Shown: positions 1 to 9,677 of the stretch, in pieces
How positions within the stretch are numbered: position 1 is the stretch's first letter
Layout of the letters: every line of letters starts with the position of its first letter
Source of the DNA: a virus
Taxonomy: Duplodnaviria > Caudoviricetes
Direction: 5' to 3' (one strand)
Virus record (IMG/VR): IMGVR_UViG_3300035661_000005
Length of the DNA stretch: 64,000 bases
The notes under the pieces: generated by a model
Databases searched by the model: none
Told to the model about the DNA's origin: nothing
What the model saw: only the letters and a program-made list of their open reading frames with translations
Translations under genes and position numbers: made by a program

Positions 1-60
1 CAGCACGAGGTTCAGGGCGGCTGAGGGATCGGCCGGAACCCCACAGGAAGGAACGAAGAC

Positions 61-387
61 ATGTCGCATCGCGTGACCACGAAGACCGAGATCAAGGACA
101 AGGCGCTCGCCGTGCAGGCGTGCAAGCAGATGGGGGTGACGTACGTGGAGCGCGGGGACACCCTCGACTTCACGTCCGGCGCGCTCCGCGGCGCGTCCCT
201 CAACCTCAAGACCGGCGACGTCACCGGGGACACCGACTTCGGTCATACCCATGACAAGCTCGGCGCGCTCCGTCAGGCGTACGGCGAGGCGAAGTACCGC
301 TACGAGTGCAACCGCCAGGGGATCATGATCGAGTCGCGCACGGTCAACAAGGCCGGCGAGATCGAGCTGATCTGCGCGGTCGGCTGA
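61..387 (+). CDS. DUF1257/Ycf35-like small protein
   Basis: MSHRVTTKTEIKDKALAVQAC start and Q.YGE.K pattern resemble DUF1257 proteins, which usually accompany Ycf46-type AAA ATPases; SD-like GAAGGA upstream. Confidence 0.65.
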   Translation: MSHRVTTKTEIKDKALAVQACKQMGVTYVERGDTLDFTSGALRGASLNLKTGDVTGDTDFGHTHDKLGALRQAYGEAKYRYECNRQGIMIESRTVNKAGEIELICAVG

Positions 388-488
388 CGGGTTCCTCCGA
401 TCCCAAGCCTTGAAGGGCTCACCCGCAACGGTGAGCCCTTCGACATTTCTAGGTCCAGGTTCCCAGCGTCCGGTGTAAGAGAAGACCA

Positions 489-3443
489 ATGGCAACGCCC
501 GAGCTGACGTTCTACCTGCGCAGTCTGACGCGCTTCATTTACTTCGTGACGGACGAGGAGGACCGTTTCCTCGTGCGCCTTCACCAGACGCTCAGGGACT
601 TCGCGCGGCGGACCTGGGTCTACAACGCGGCCTTCGGCCTCGTCCCCATCGAGTCCCTCATGAAGGACTGGACGGAGCGGACGCACACGGAGGACCCCGA
701 GACGCTCAACATCCACGGGGCGCTCGTCAAGATGTACAAGGACGATCCGAAGAAGGAGCAGAACTTCTACATCGTCACGGACCCCGAGCGCTGGCTCGCG
801 GACGCTCACGTGCAGCGGCGGTTCCTCAACCTCGCGCACCAGGTCCACCAGGACAACCGGGTCATCAAGATCGTCATCTTCGTCGGGACGCGCAAGTACG
901 TCCCCGAGAAGCTCGCCCGCTACGTGGAGGTCGTCCACGACAAGGGGCTGACGGACGAAGAGATCCTCGGGCTCGTGGAGGACGCGGCCAAGCACCTCAA
1001 GACGCCGGTTCCGGAGAACGCGCAGAAGCTCTTCAAGGGGCTGACGGCGTACGAGATCAAGATGGCCATCGGCCAGTCGATCATCGCAACGAAGAAGGAC
1101 CAGGTGAACCCGCGTCGGATCGACCCGACGATCGTGGCGGACTTCCGCCGCAAGCAGCTCCGCAAGTCCGACCTCGTGCAGTACATCGACACGGATAACA
1201 TGAGCTTCGACCAGGTCGGTGGCGCGGACCGCTTCAAGGAGTGGGCGAGGAAGGCGCGGGCCACGTGGTCGGATCGCGGCCAGAAGTTCGGGCTTCGTCC
1301 GCCGAAGGGTGTCCTGTGCGTCGGCGTCTGGGGGTGCGGTAAGTCCCTCTCGGTCAAGGCGCTCGGCGCGGCCTGGGGGCTCCCCGTGGTCCAGCTGGAG
1401 ATGGGACGTCTGCGTTCGAGCGGCGTCGGTGACTCGGAGGCCAACGTCTACCGCGCCTGCCGCATCATCGAGGCGGCTGCCCCGTGCGTCACGGGGGAGA
1501 CGGAGGTCACGCTGGCCGATGGGACGACGAAGCCCATCGAAAGCTTGTGGCAAACGTACGTGGCCGGCTCTACGGAACCCCTCCGCGTCCAGTGCTGGAA
1601 CGAGAAGTCGTTCCGGGTCGAGACGACGGGCGTCCGTGCGATCACGCGACGAGAGGCGGAGGCGTTCCGGGTCGAGGCCGCCCACGGCTTCTACCTCAAT
1701 GCCACCGCGAACCACCAACACTATGTCATGCGCGGTGGGATGCCCGAGTGGGTCCGTACGGACGAACTTCAGCCCGGGGACATGATGGCGGTTCCGACCG
1801 CACAGCGGGCGAGTGCTCAAGACGAAGGTGTCGACCCGGACGCGGTACTCCTTCAGTGCCACCCCTCTGGGATGCGTACCTACGGGCCCACCAACGAGCT
1901 TCGTCGGGGTGGTGGGGGCTACAGGGATGCGGTCGTCCCGAAGCTGCCTGTGAAGTGGACGTGGGATCTCGGGCGGCTCCTCGGTCTCATCGAAGGGGAT
2001 GGGTTCATCGGGGAGAAGGACGGGATCGGATTCACGAACACCTCGCCAACGCTCCTCAGTCGCTTCGAGGGCTTCATGGAGGGCCTGTTCGGCTTGAAGC
2101 CGTCGCGCAACGAACACAAACAGGGCAAGATCCCCAACCTGCCGGGGTTGAGCGACGATCCCCAGTTCAAGCCGTGCTGGACGAGCGTGGTGCAGAACCA
2201 GCTCGCAGCCGAGTTCCTCCGCAACGCCCGTAGGGCGATTCTCTCCGCACCCGTGGGAGTGCGGGCAGCGTTTCTCGCCGGATGGATCGACGCGGATGGG
2301 TGTATCGGACCCAACAAGGTCACCCTCACGGTCAAGCATCCGAAGATGTGGGCGGAACGGCAGCTCCTCGCCCGCCAGGTCATCCAGTCGTTGGGGGTCG
2401 TCCCGTCGAAGTTCGGCTACCCCAACCTAGAGATCACGGGGTCTCGGGCGGTCCGTCTCGCCTCTCTCATCGGGGAGTTCCTCATGGAGAAGAGTGCCAA
2501 GGCGGCCCTCGTCTCCTCGTCGGAGATCGGGTTCGATCGGAACATGGGTTATGCCTGTGGGCAGGTGCTCGCCCAGGCACGGGCCGCCTCCGGTCTCACG
2601 CTCGCGCAGATCGGGATGTCGCCGAGTACGGTGTGGAACCACGAGAACGGCAGGGTTCCGATCAGCAGGCGGCACCTGTACGCCTACATGGAAAAGCTCG
2701 GCGATGCGGGCCAGGATCTCAGGCGCCTGAGTCGCGCCGAGTGTGAGTGGATCAAGGTCATGAGCGTCGAGCCCATCGGCGTGCAGACCGTCTATGACTT
2801 GGCCTGTGAGGGCGAGGATACGCACTCGTTCATCGCAAACGGGCTCGTCACGCACAACTGCATCGTCTGGATCGATGAAGCTGAGAAGAGCCTTTCGGGC
2901 GCGGCTTCGTCCGCGCAGTCGGACGCGGGCACGACCAACCGCACGATCGGCATCCTCTCGACGTGGCTCCAGGAGACGGACGCGCAGGTCTGCCTCGCCA
3001 TGACGGCGAACAGCCTCAAGACCCTCCCGGTCGAATTCGTCAACCGCATGGACGAGCGCTTCTTCTTCGACATCCCGGACGAGGAGGGGCGCATCGAGAT
3101 CCTGAAGATCCACCTGCGGAAAGCGGGTCAGGATCCGGACCAGTACGACCTCGCCACGCTCGCCGACAAGGCTCAGGGTATGGTCGGACGCGAGATCGAA
3201 CAGGCGATCGGTGCGGCCATGATCGAGTCGTTCGCCCAGGACAAGCCGGCCCTCGACACGGACATCCTGACCGAGGAGCTGGCGCACAAGCCGCGCATCA
3301 TCAAGACCATGGCCGACGAGGTGAAGGAGATCGTCGAGTGGGTCGGGTACGATCCGGATGCGAACGACGGCATCCGTGCCCGGTTCGCTTCGAAGCCCGA
3401 TCGCAAGTCCGGCGGCCTCAAGCTCGTCTCGCCCCATGAGTGA
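489..3443 (+). CDS. Ycf46-like AAA+ ATPase precursor containing an intein
   Basis: Walker A GVWGCGKS, Walker B IVWIDEAEK, sensor MTAN, R-finger NRMDERFFFDIP; SFDQVGGADRFKEW typical of Ycf46 family. Confidence 0.9.
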   Translation: MATPELTFYLRSLTRFIYFVTDEEDRFLVRLHQTLRDFARRTWVYNAAFGLVPIESLMKDWTERTHTEDPETLNIHGALVKMYKDDPKKEQNFYIVTDPERWLADAHVQRRFLNLAHQVHQDNRVIKIVIFVGTRKYVPEKLARYVEVVHDKGLTDEEILGLVEDAAKHLKTPVPENAQKLFKGLTAYEIKMAIGQSIIATKKDQVNPRRIDPTIVADFRRKQLRKSDLVQYIDTDNMSFDQVGGADRFKEWARKARATWSDRGQKFGLRPPKGVLCVGVWGCGKSLSVKALGAAWGLPVVQLEMGRLRSSGVGDSEANVYRACRIIEAAAPCVTGETEVTLADGTTKPIESLWQTYVAGSTEPLRVQCWNEKSFRVETTGVRAITRREAEAFRVEAAHGFYLNATANHQHYVMRGGMPEWVRTDELQPGDMMAVPTAQRASAQDEGVDPDAVLLQCHPSGMRTYGPTNELRRGGGGYRDAVVPKLPVKWTWDLGRLLGLIEGDGFIGEKDGIGFTNTSPTLLSRFEGFMEGLFGLKPSRNEHKQGKIPNLPGLSDDPQFKPCWTSVVQNQLAAEFLRNARRAILSAPVGVRAAFLAGWIDADGCIGPNKVTLTVKHPKMWAERQLLARQVIQSLGVVPSKFGYPNLEITGSRAVRLASLIGEFLMEKSAKAALVSSSEIGFDRNMGYACGQVLAQARAASGLTLAQIGMSPSTVWNHENGRVPISRRHLYAYMEKLGDAGQDLRRLSRAECEWIKVMSVEPIGVQTVYDLACEGEDTHSFIANGLVTHNCIVWIDEAEKSLSGAASSAQSDAGTTNRTIGILSTWLQETDAQVCLAMTANSLKTLPVEFVNRMDERFFFDIPDEEGRIEILKIHLRKAGQDPDQYDLATLADKAQGMVGREIEQAIGAAMIESFAQDKPALDTDILTEELAHKPRIIKTMADEVKEIVEWVGYDPDANDGIRARFASKPDRKSGGLKLVSPHE
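1485..2858 (+). mobile_element. Intein (458 aa) with LAGLIDADG homing endonuclease and XRE-like HTH
   Basis: Starts CVTGETEVTLADG, block B NATANH, LGLIEGDG and FLAGWIDADG motifs, ends VYDL...HSFIANGLVTHN followed by Cys+1. Confidence 0.95.
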
Positions 3444-4584
3444 TCTTGCTCGACTGTCCCCGGAGGTCCGGACGCTCGCCCGTCCGGCCACCGTGGATCT
3501 CCTTGCGGTCCGTTTCGAGGTCCAGCGCAACGGCGCCCTCCAGGCGCTGTTCGTCCAGGCGAGGAAGGAGGGTTGGTCCACCACGCAGCTGGTGGACGCG
3601 GCCCTTCCGCTTCTGGAGGCCAAGCTGTCAGCCTCAACGGAGGAGCTGCGGCAAGCGGCAACCTACCTCGCCGACGAGTACTTCCAGATCGGGGACGCCA
3701 TGCTCCTGATCGACCGGCGGACGGGGAAGGCCCTGGTCAAGATCACGGAGGAGGACATCTGGCAAGGACCGGAGGTCCGCCGGGAAAGCGGCGCTCTCGC
3801 CAAGCCGCTGCCCCGTCTACGGCCCGAGCTGGAGGGGATGCTGGTCCAATGGGTCTTCGACCGGGAACGCGACAGCGGGGTCGAGGCAGCCCTGGCGGCA
3901 CGTCCGGGCCAGACGGCCTTCCTCGCCGAGGAAGGTAACCCCCGGCTCCGGGCCGCAACCCAGGAGGGGCGGCAGGCCATTGTCAGGGACGTTCGGGAGG
4001 CGGCGGACACGATCCTCCAAGGGCTCCGGGGCCTTCCCCTGGATTTCCTGAACGCTTTCGACGTTCGGACGGAGGATGGGGCCTACCCGGGCTCGTTCGT
4101 GACGCGGGAGGTGGCTTTCGCCCGGACGCGGACCAACGTCGCTGACCAGCGAACGGTGAACCTTCGCTTCGACCTCCTTGCATACCAGCGGGGCGCCATC
4201 GGGCACAGCTGGGTACGGGAGATCGTTCGGTCCCTGGCGCAGGCATACCCGCTCCCCCGCAAGGTGGACTACGGCGATCTGACGGTTGCGGACCTGGGGG
4301 GTGCCCCCATGTGGGCGACGAACGGCCACGCGATGTCAGCGTTGACCCGTACCTCGGGGGTCTCCGTGCTCGTCATCGAATCGGACGTGGCCATCGGTCT
4401 CAGGCCCGGGAAGGTCGGGACGCTTGTCCTGCACCCTGGGACCTACGATGTCCGCAGCCGGGAGGTCCACGATCGGTGGGAGGTGGCGGCGTCCGTTAAC
4501 TACTCCCTCTGGGTGGACTGGAGCCGTATCGTGGGGCTCCAGATCGTGAATGTGCCGGTACAGGCTGTGGTGGTAGGGCTTTGA
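3436..4584 (+). CDS. Hypothetical protein (382 aa)
   Basis: Start at ATG 3436 overlapping the ATPase stop; strong GC3 codon bias; the longer ORF-track start is likely spurious. Confidence 0.8.
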   Translation: MSDLARLSPEVRTLARPATVDLLAVRFEVQRNGALQALFVQARKEGWSTTQLVDAALPLLEAKLSASTEELRQAATYLADEYFQIGDAMLLIDRRTGKALVKITEEDIWQGPEVRRESGALAKPLPRLRPELEGMLVQWVFDRERDSGVEAALAARPGQTAFLAEEGNPRLRAATQEGRQAIVRDVREAADTILQGLRGLPLDFLNAFDVRTEDGAYPGSFVTREVAFARTRTNVADQRTVNLRFDLLAYQRGAIGHSWVREIVRSLAQAYPLPRKVDYGDLTVADLGGAPMWATNGHAMSALTRTSGVSVLVIESDVAIGLRPGKVGTLVLHPGTYDVRSREVHDRWEVAASVNYSLWVDWSRIVGLQIVNVPVQAVVVGL

Positions 4585-4602
4585 TGCCATCTCTTCTGTA
4601 GA

Positions 4603-5190
4603 ATGAGCGGCATCCCTACGATTTCGTCCCTCCGGTCAGCTGTGGCGCCTCCCTTCCAGATGGGCACGCCGGTGATCGTCATTGGGTCTGGCTTCGGAAC
4701 GAGCGGCTCGTGCTACCAGTTCCAGGATGGCTACCCGTTCCCGCTCGTTCTGAGCGGCTACTCGGACACGATCATCAGGTTCACCCTCTCGAACAAAGGG
4801 GGTCGAATGGATGCCCTGACCGGCTTCACGTTCCGCGTCCTGGTCGTGCCGAACGGGGAGATCGTCGGGGTCATGTCGGACACCTACACGGCGGTCCCAG
4901 CAGTCCCAGCAGTCCCCACCGACCTCAAACAAGAGGGTGCCTTCGTCACCCTTCGACCGAACCCTGATCGCTATCTCCCGGACCCCCTCCTGAAGGTCCC
5001 ATGCGGCTGGATCACGCAGGTTGTGCAAAAGAATGGCACGTACGTAATCTCGATGCGTCCTTCGTTCGACGACAAGCTGCGGCTAGGTGAGGTCGTCGTG
5101 GTCGCCGCCGACATCGAGAGGGTCTACTCGACCTCCGAGACGGCGCGCATGCTGAGCCTCGGCTACATTTGGCCCCTCTCCGGTGTCTGA
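4603..5190 (+). CDS. Hypothetical protein with IPT/TIG-like N-terminus
   Basis: PTISSL...G..VIVIGSGFG resembles the start of an IPT/TIG Ig-like domain. Confidence 0.65.
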   Translation: MSGIPTISSLRSAVAPPFQMGTPVIVIGSGFGTSGSCYQFQDGYPFPLVLSGYSDTIIRFTLSNKGGRMDALTGFTFRVLVVPNGEIVGVMSDTYTAVPAVPAVPTDLKQEGAFVTLRPNPDRYLPDPLLKVPCGWITQVVQKNGTYVISMRPSFDDKLRLGEVVVVAADIERVYSTSETARMLSLGYIWPLSGV

Positions 5191-5193
5191 ACC

Positions 5194-5406
5194 ATGCCCC
5201 GCTTCTACTCGTTCGTCGTCGTTGCTTCAGCCGAGTGCTCGTTTCAAGAGCACCTGCTGATGCTTGACCCGGGGGTCAACACGTTCAACCTTTCTCTGGA
5301 TGACGTGGAGGCATTCAAGGCGAATCTGGAAGAGCACGGGGTCGAGATTCGGCAGTGCAACGACCTCAGCGAGCCTGGGGACGATCCGAGGCTGCTGGAG
5401 CCATGA
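5194..5406 (+). CDS. Hypothetical protein
   Basis: Operon packing, codon bias. Confidence 0.65.
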   Translation: MPRFYSFVVVASAECSFQEHLLMLDPGVNTFNLSLDDVEAFKANLEEHGVEIRQCNDLSEPGDDPRLLEP

Positions 5407-5627
5407 GGGGGCGTGAGACTGTCAAGGCCCGGGTCGTGGAGTACTGCCGCAGGCGCAAGGCTCCGATCCTGATCGGAATGGTCCACATGGAGGCCCGGGT
5501 GGTAGGCACTCTCGATGAGGTGGAGGGCCTCCTGGATGAGCTGGTCGAGGACGGCGTCCTTCAGAAGTTCAACGGAAGTGAGGCGCAGCGGCGATTCGGT
5601 GTCCACTGTGCCTACGCTCTGGTGTAA
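5403..5627 (+). CDS. Small winged-helix-like protein
   Basis: ATGA overlap with the previous stop; EVEGLLDELVEDGVLQK is a wHTH-like signature. Confidence 0.6.
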   Translation: MRGRETVKARVVEYCRRRKAPILIGMVHMEARVVGTLDEVEGLLDELVEDGVLQKFNGSEAQRRFGVHCAYALV

Positions 5628-5636
5628 TACGAGGGC

Positions 5637-5966
5637 GTGGGGATCCGGCAGCGCAAGAACCTCCTGATCACGACGCTCAAGGCCCGAGCGTTGGCTTCAA
5701 AGCTAGCCCCCGACGTCGTGGCGGCCTTCGAGCTGATGTACCGGCGGGCGCGGACGGCGGGCGAACAAGATCAGGTGACGGTTGCCCTGGCGGCGCAGAC
5801 GGACGGCTGGAAGACGGACGACGACTCCTACTCACGGCTCTTGCGGAACGCTCTGGACATGGACGACGGCCCGTTCGCCGAGGAGGACGACGACCGGCTG
5901 CCCCCGCACATGGAAGAGGCCATCGCTCGTGCGCGGGTGGATGTTTCCCGGCGCCGTTCGGTGTAA
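5637..5966 (+). CDS. Hypothetical protein
   Basis: GAGG SD before GTG, codon bias. Confidence 0.65.
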   Translation: MGIRQRKNLLITTLKARALASKLAPDVVAAFELMYRRARTAGEQDQVTVALAAQTDGWKTDDDSYSRLLRNALDMDDGPFAEEDDDRLPPHMEEAIARARVDVSRRRSV

Positions 5967-5975
5967 GCCCCCCGC

Positions 5976-6578
5976 ATGAAGCCGAGAGTGCTGGTGGACG
6001 TCGATGGGGTCTTGGCTGACTTCCTGACGCCCGCGCTCAAGATCATCGAGAGACTCACGGGCCGTGCCTACCGGCCCGAGGAGATCCTGCGCTGGGACTT
6101 GTTCGAGACGATCGGCAAGGAGTGGGAGCAGCCCTTCCTCGCCCTCTGCAACGAGCCTGGCTTCGCGGCCTCGTGTCCGGTCCTGCCGGGCGCCCAAGAG
6201 GGTCTACGGGCGCTCCAGGAGGTCGCCACGGTCTACATCGTGACCTCGCCCCTGAACCACAACCCGACGTGGACGCACGAACGGGAGCTGTGGCTTCACG
6301 ACCACTTCGGCATCCACCACAAGCAGATCGTCCACACCTCGGCGAAGTACCTCTGCCTTGGCGACGTAATCATCGACGACCGGCCGAAGAACATCACGGA
6401 CTGGGAGGCGGAGCACCCGGACGGTCTCGGTCTGCTCTGGGATGCCCCTTGGAACCGGCTCGACGACGTGCGGTTCCGGGCACGGTCATGGGAAGAGGTC
6501 GTGACCCGCATCGCGGGCACGACCTTCCCTCCTCGCTTCCGGTACGCGAACCCCTCGACGGGGGACTTCAACCCGTGA
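5976..6578 (+). CDS. 5'(3')-deoxyribonucleotidase, HAD superfamily
   Basis: VLVDVDGVLADF (DxD motif I), IVTSP (motif II), IIDDRPKN (motif IV). Confidence 0.9.
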   Translation: MKPRVLVDVDGVLADFLTPALKIIERLTGRAYRPEEILRWDLFETIGKEWEQPFLALCNEPGFAASCPVLPGAQEGLRALQEVATVYIVTSPLNHNPTWTHERELWLHDHFGIHHKQIVHTSAKYLCLGDVIIDDRPKNITDWEAEHPDGLGLLWDAPWNRLDDVRFRARSWEEVVTRIAGTTFPPRFRYANPSTGDFNP

Positions 6579-6620
6579 CGGACCTATAGCCTCAAGACCT
6601 GCCCTCACGAAAGATCAAAG

Positions 6621-7454
6621 ATGAAACAGTACACGGACATGCTCCAGCACATCCTCGCCAAGGGGGTTCTCAAACCGACCCGAGCCGTCCTCCAGTCGAC
6701 GGGCGAGCGCGTCCACGCCTACAGCGTGTTCGGCTACCAGAACCGCTACGACCTCGCCGAGGGCTTCCCCGCTGTGACTACGAAGAAGCTCGCCTTCAAG
6801 GCGATCGTCGCGGAGCTGCTCTGGTTCCTGGCGGGGGACACGAACGTCAAGACGCTTCAAGCGCAAGGCGTTCACATCTGGGATCAGTGGGCGAACGCGG
6901 AGGGGGATGTCGGCCCCGTCTACGGTAGGCAATGGCGTTCGTGGGTCGGTCCCCAGGGCCAGGTGGTCGATCAGATCCGCGACGTGGTTCAAGGGATCAC
7001 GGACGTCAAGAACACCCCGCACGCATCCGTTGGCCGTAGGCTCATCGTCTCGGCTTGGAATCCAGTGGACGTGCCTGCGATGGCTCTCCCGGCTTGCCAC
7101 GCCTTCTTCCAGTTCTCCGTGACGGACGGGAAGCTCTCGTGTCAGCTCTATCAAAGAAGCGCTGACGCATTCCTGGGCGTACCCTTCAACATCGCCAGCT
7201 ACGCCTTGTTGACCCACCTCATCGCCCTCAAGACGGGTCTCCAGGTGGGTGACTTCATCCACACCTTCGGCGACCTTCACATCTACGCGAACCACGTTGA
7301 TCAGGTGCGTGAGCAGATCGCTCGCGACCCCTTCCCTCTGCCTCGTCTGCTGCTCCCTTCGGAGCTGCCGTCCCTGGAGAGCATCGATCCCGCACTGATC
7401 CGGTTGGATGGCTACCAGAGCCATCCGGCTCTGCGTGGGGAAGTTGCTGTCTGA
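6621..7454 (+). CDS. thyA: Thymidylate synthase
   Basis: ELLWFL, GPVYGRQWR, RRLIVSAWNP, ALPACH catalytic Cys, YQRSAD, GVPFNIASY, HIYANH. Confidence 0.98.
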   Translation: MKQYTDMLQHILAKGVLKPTRAVLQSTGERVHAYSVFGYQNRYDLAEGFPAVTTKKLAFKAIVAELLWFLAGDTNVKTLQAQGVHIWDQWANAEGDVGPVYGRQWRSWVGPQGQVVDQIRDVVQGITDVKNTPHASVGRRLIVSAWNPVDVPAMALPACHAFFQFSVTDGKLSCQLYQRSADAFLGVPFNIASYALLTHLIALKTGLQVGDFIHTFGDLHIYANHVDQVREQIARDPFPLPRLLLPSELPSLESIDPALIRLDGYQSHPALRGEVAV

Positions 7455-7552
7455 TCCCGAAAGGATCATGTCCAAGAAGTCCAAGACCCAGCTCATCGGC
7501 GCCGTTTCTACACGTTCTCAACGCGGTTCGGGAGCCCAGCGATGTGATCGGC

Positions 7553-7580
7553 TTGACAGGCCCGAACGAGCGGGTACTGT
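7553..7580 (+). promoter_or_regulatory. Sigma70-type promoter TTGACA-N16-TACTGT
   Basis: Perfect -35 and TAnnnT -10 in intergenic DNA. Confidence 0.7.
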
Positions 7581-7586
7581 TTGAAC

Positions 7587-7668
7587 TAGAACCTGTTCAC
7601 GGCCGAATTGGCTTACCGCCAGGCGGCAAGTCCTGCGGGTCATCTTCGGGTGGCCCGCAGTTGTTTTT
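7587..7668 (+). ncRNA. Candidate ~80-nt small RNA
   Basis: Lies between a consensus promoter and an intrinsic terminator, contains no ORF, internal hairpin CTTACCGC/GCGGCAAG. Confidence 0.5.
7633..7668 (+). terminator. Intrinsic terminator
   Basis: 12-bp stem CTGCGGGTCATC/GGTGGCCCGCAG, C(UUCG)G tetraloop, TTGTTTTT tail. Confidence 0.85.
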
Positions 7669-7979
7669 GGGGCGCGCAATGTTCGTCCGGTACGTGGATG
7701 AGGCTCTGACCTCCTGACACGCCAGATTCGGCGAGTGACCGATGCGGTCCCCGACATGCTGCGAGGGCCTGCAAGGTTCCCGCATCGCAACTGGTATCGA
7801 CCGGCCCGGTCGATCAAGAAACCCGCACAATTTCGCGAGCGCAGACGGCGCAACTGTCACACGTTTTGGAGCAGCCCAGACCCGAAAACGGCATGATTTG
7901 CAGGTGTTTTGGCCGAGGTGTCAGGATGTCAGCGCCTGATGCCGGGGCAATAGCCTTTCGATAGGCTAGACTGGATAGC

Positions 7980-9668
7980 ATGTTCTACATCCACGCCGCT
8001 ACGGATGACCTTGGCCTGAGCGCCAGCCCGGACGACCTGCCGGAGATCGAGAGCGCGCTCGAAGACCTCAACGACGACCCGAACATGGGGTCGTTCGGTT
8101 CGGGTCCGTACTGGCCGAAGATCCGCGAGCGTCTCCTGGGAGCTTCCTCGTCGCAGGACGTGAAGGAGGCCATCAAGGAGTGGCGCTACATCCGCATGTG
8201 GATCGGTCGCGGGCAGTGTGAGCTGTGCGACCACCAGCCGATCGTCTACCACTTCCAGATCGAGAACCGGATCAACAAGAACCGGCTGATCCTCGGTTCG
8301 GAGTGCATCAACAACTACCTCCAAATCGAGGGGGTGCCCTCCAAGGAGGTGCTACGCAAGCGCCTCAACCAGCTCCGGGCCATGGCGAAGGCCCAGGAGA
8401 AGGGCGAAGTCGGCGAGGACGCCATGCAGGCCATCGAGGCCCTGCAGAACCTGGAGCGTGAGGTCAACATCCTCATCGGCAAGGTGTCCCGCCCGGACCC
8501 CGACATCAACGTCAGCGACTACCTCCAGAGCCTGAACGTGCCCTACTACCGGCTCAACATGCTCGGTGGTTCCTCGATGGCGAACAAGACCGCCGCCGAG
8601 ATCGTGTTCAAGGCCCGGGAACTGGAGACGTTCCTGAAGTCGCTACAGAAGCGATCGAGCCTCTATAAGACCACGACGATGCTCCCGGCGGTCGAGGCCA
8701 TCATGCGCTTCCGGGACATGGGGGAACGTAGGGCCAAGCTCGAACAGCTCCGCAAGCACATCAACGAGACCTTCAAGCTGGGCGCCGCGGAAGAAGCGAT
8801 CGAGCTGATCTGGGCCGAGGTCCGGACGGCCAAGAAGGCGATCCTCGCCAAGTACCTGGAGAAGGTCGAGACGCTCAAGACGGACATCCAGAAGCGGTAC
8901 CAGCGGGAGATCGACCAGCTCAAACCCTACCCGCATCTCGCCTTCATGATCCAGGCGGGCGTCAATGCCCTCAAGGAGATGGCGGACGCCGATGCCGCCA
9001 AGATCGTCGAGTCGGTCAACTCAATCGAGAGTACCAACACGGTCAACAGGATGGTCCTCGGCAGTTGGACGCTCAAGGGGCCGAGCCTCAACGACTACGG
9101 TTTCTCCAACAAGAAGGACAGGAGCACCCTGGTCGCTGGAGCGGACGATGCGCAGCGGATCTACTCCCTCGCCACGGGTCATGCCTTCAACTACGCGGCC
9201 GAGTTGATGGTGATGTATCAGCTGCCCAAGGTCCAGGATGTGGCGGGTGTCACGCACGCCATCCTCTCAGCGGCCGACGATGGGGAGATCGACGGCGACA
9301 GCCGCACCTGGTTGAGCAACCCCAAGCTCATCGCGCGGTTCGAGGAAGAGGTCGACGAGATCAAGAGCCACCTCAAGGAAGCGCAGGGCCAGAAGGTCTT
9401 CGAGGCCATGGGCGCCGACCTCAAGTTCGACGTGCAGAAGTTCTACAAGTGCGTCGAGATGTCGAACGAATGGCTCGTCGGCTTCGGCAAGAGCATCTTC
9501 GTCCAGTGGAAGCGGGGGGTGCAGAAGGGCCTGTCGTTCAAGCAGCGGCAGGTCATCGAGCGTGAGATCGGCAAGGGGAAAACCCCCGGCCGGTCCCTCT
9601 GGGACGAGATGGAGTCGGAATTCAACAAGCGGAACCAGGCGAAATTCGCCTACAGCTACGCCCGCTAG
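7980..9668 (+). CDS. Hypothetical 562-aa protein with N-terminal Zn-binding domain
   Basis: GQCELCDH...LILGSECI Cys/His cluster, then helical; C-terminal LSFKQ module. Confidence 0.85.
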   Translation: MFYIHAATDDLGLSASPDDLPEIESALEDLNDDPNMGSFGSGPYWPKIRERLLGASSSQDVKEAIKEWRYIRMWIGRGQCELCDHQPIVYHFQIENRINKNRLILGSECINNYLQIEGVPSKEVLRKRLNQLRAMAKAQEKGEVGEDAMQAIEALQNLEREVNILIGKVSRPDPDINVSDYLQSLNVPYYRLNMLGGSSMANKTAAEIVFKARELETFLKSLQKRSSLYKTTTMLPAVEAIMRFRDMGERRAKLEQLRKHINETFKLGAAEEAIELIWAEVRTAKKAILAKYLEKVETLKTDIQKRYQREIDQLKPYPHLAFMIQAGVNALKEMADADAAKIVESVNSIESTNTVNRMVLGSWTLKGPSLNDYGFSNKKDRSTLVAGADDAQRIYSLATGHAFNYAAELMVMYQLPKVQDVAGVTHAILSAADDGEIDGDSRTWLSNPKLIARFEEEVDEIKSHLKEAQGQKVFEAMGADLKFDVQKFYKCVEMSNEWLVGFGKSIFVQWKRGVQKGLSFKQRQVIEREIGKGKTPGRSLWDEMESEFNKRNQAKFAYSYAR

Positions 9669-9677
9669 GGGAACGGT

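Noticed and set aside
300-2339. Long antisense ORFs in the track (e.g. 300-2339, 12907-14961, 16450-18918, 41588-43243, 46897-48447)
   Set aside because: They are shadow frames of real genes in high-GC DNA, with R/V/L/G-rich composition and no motifs
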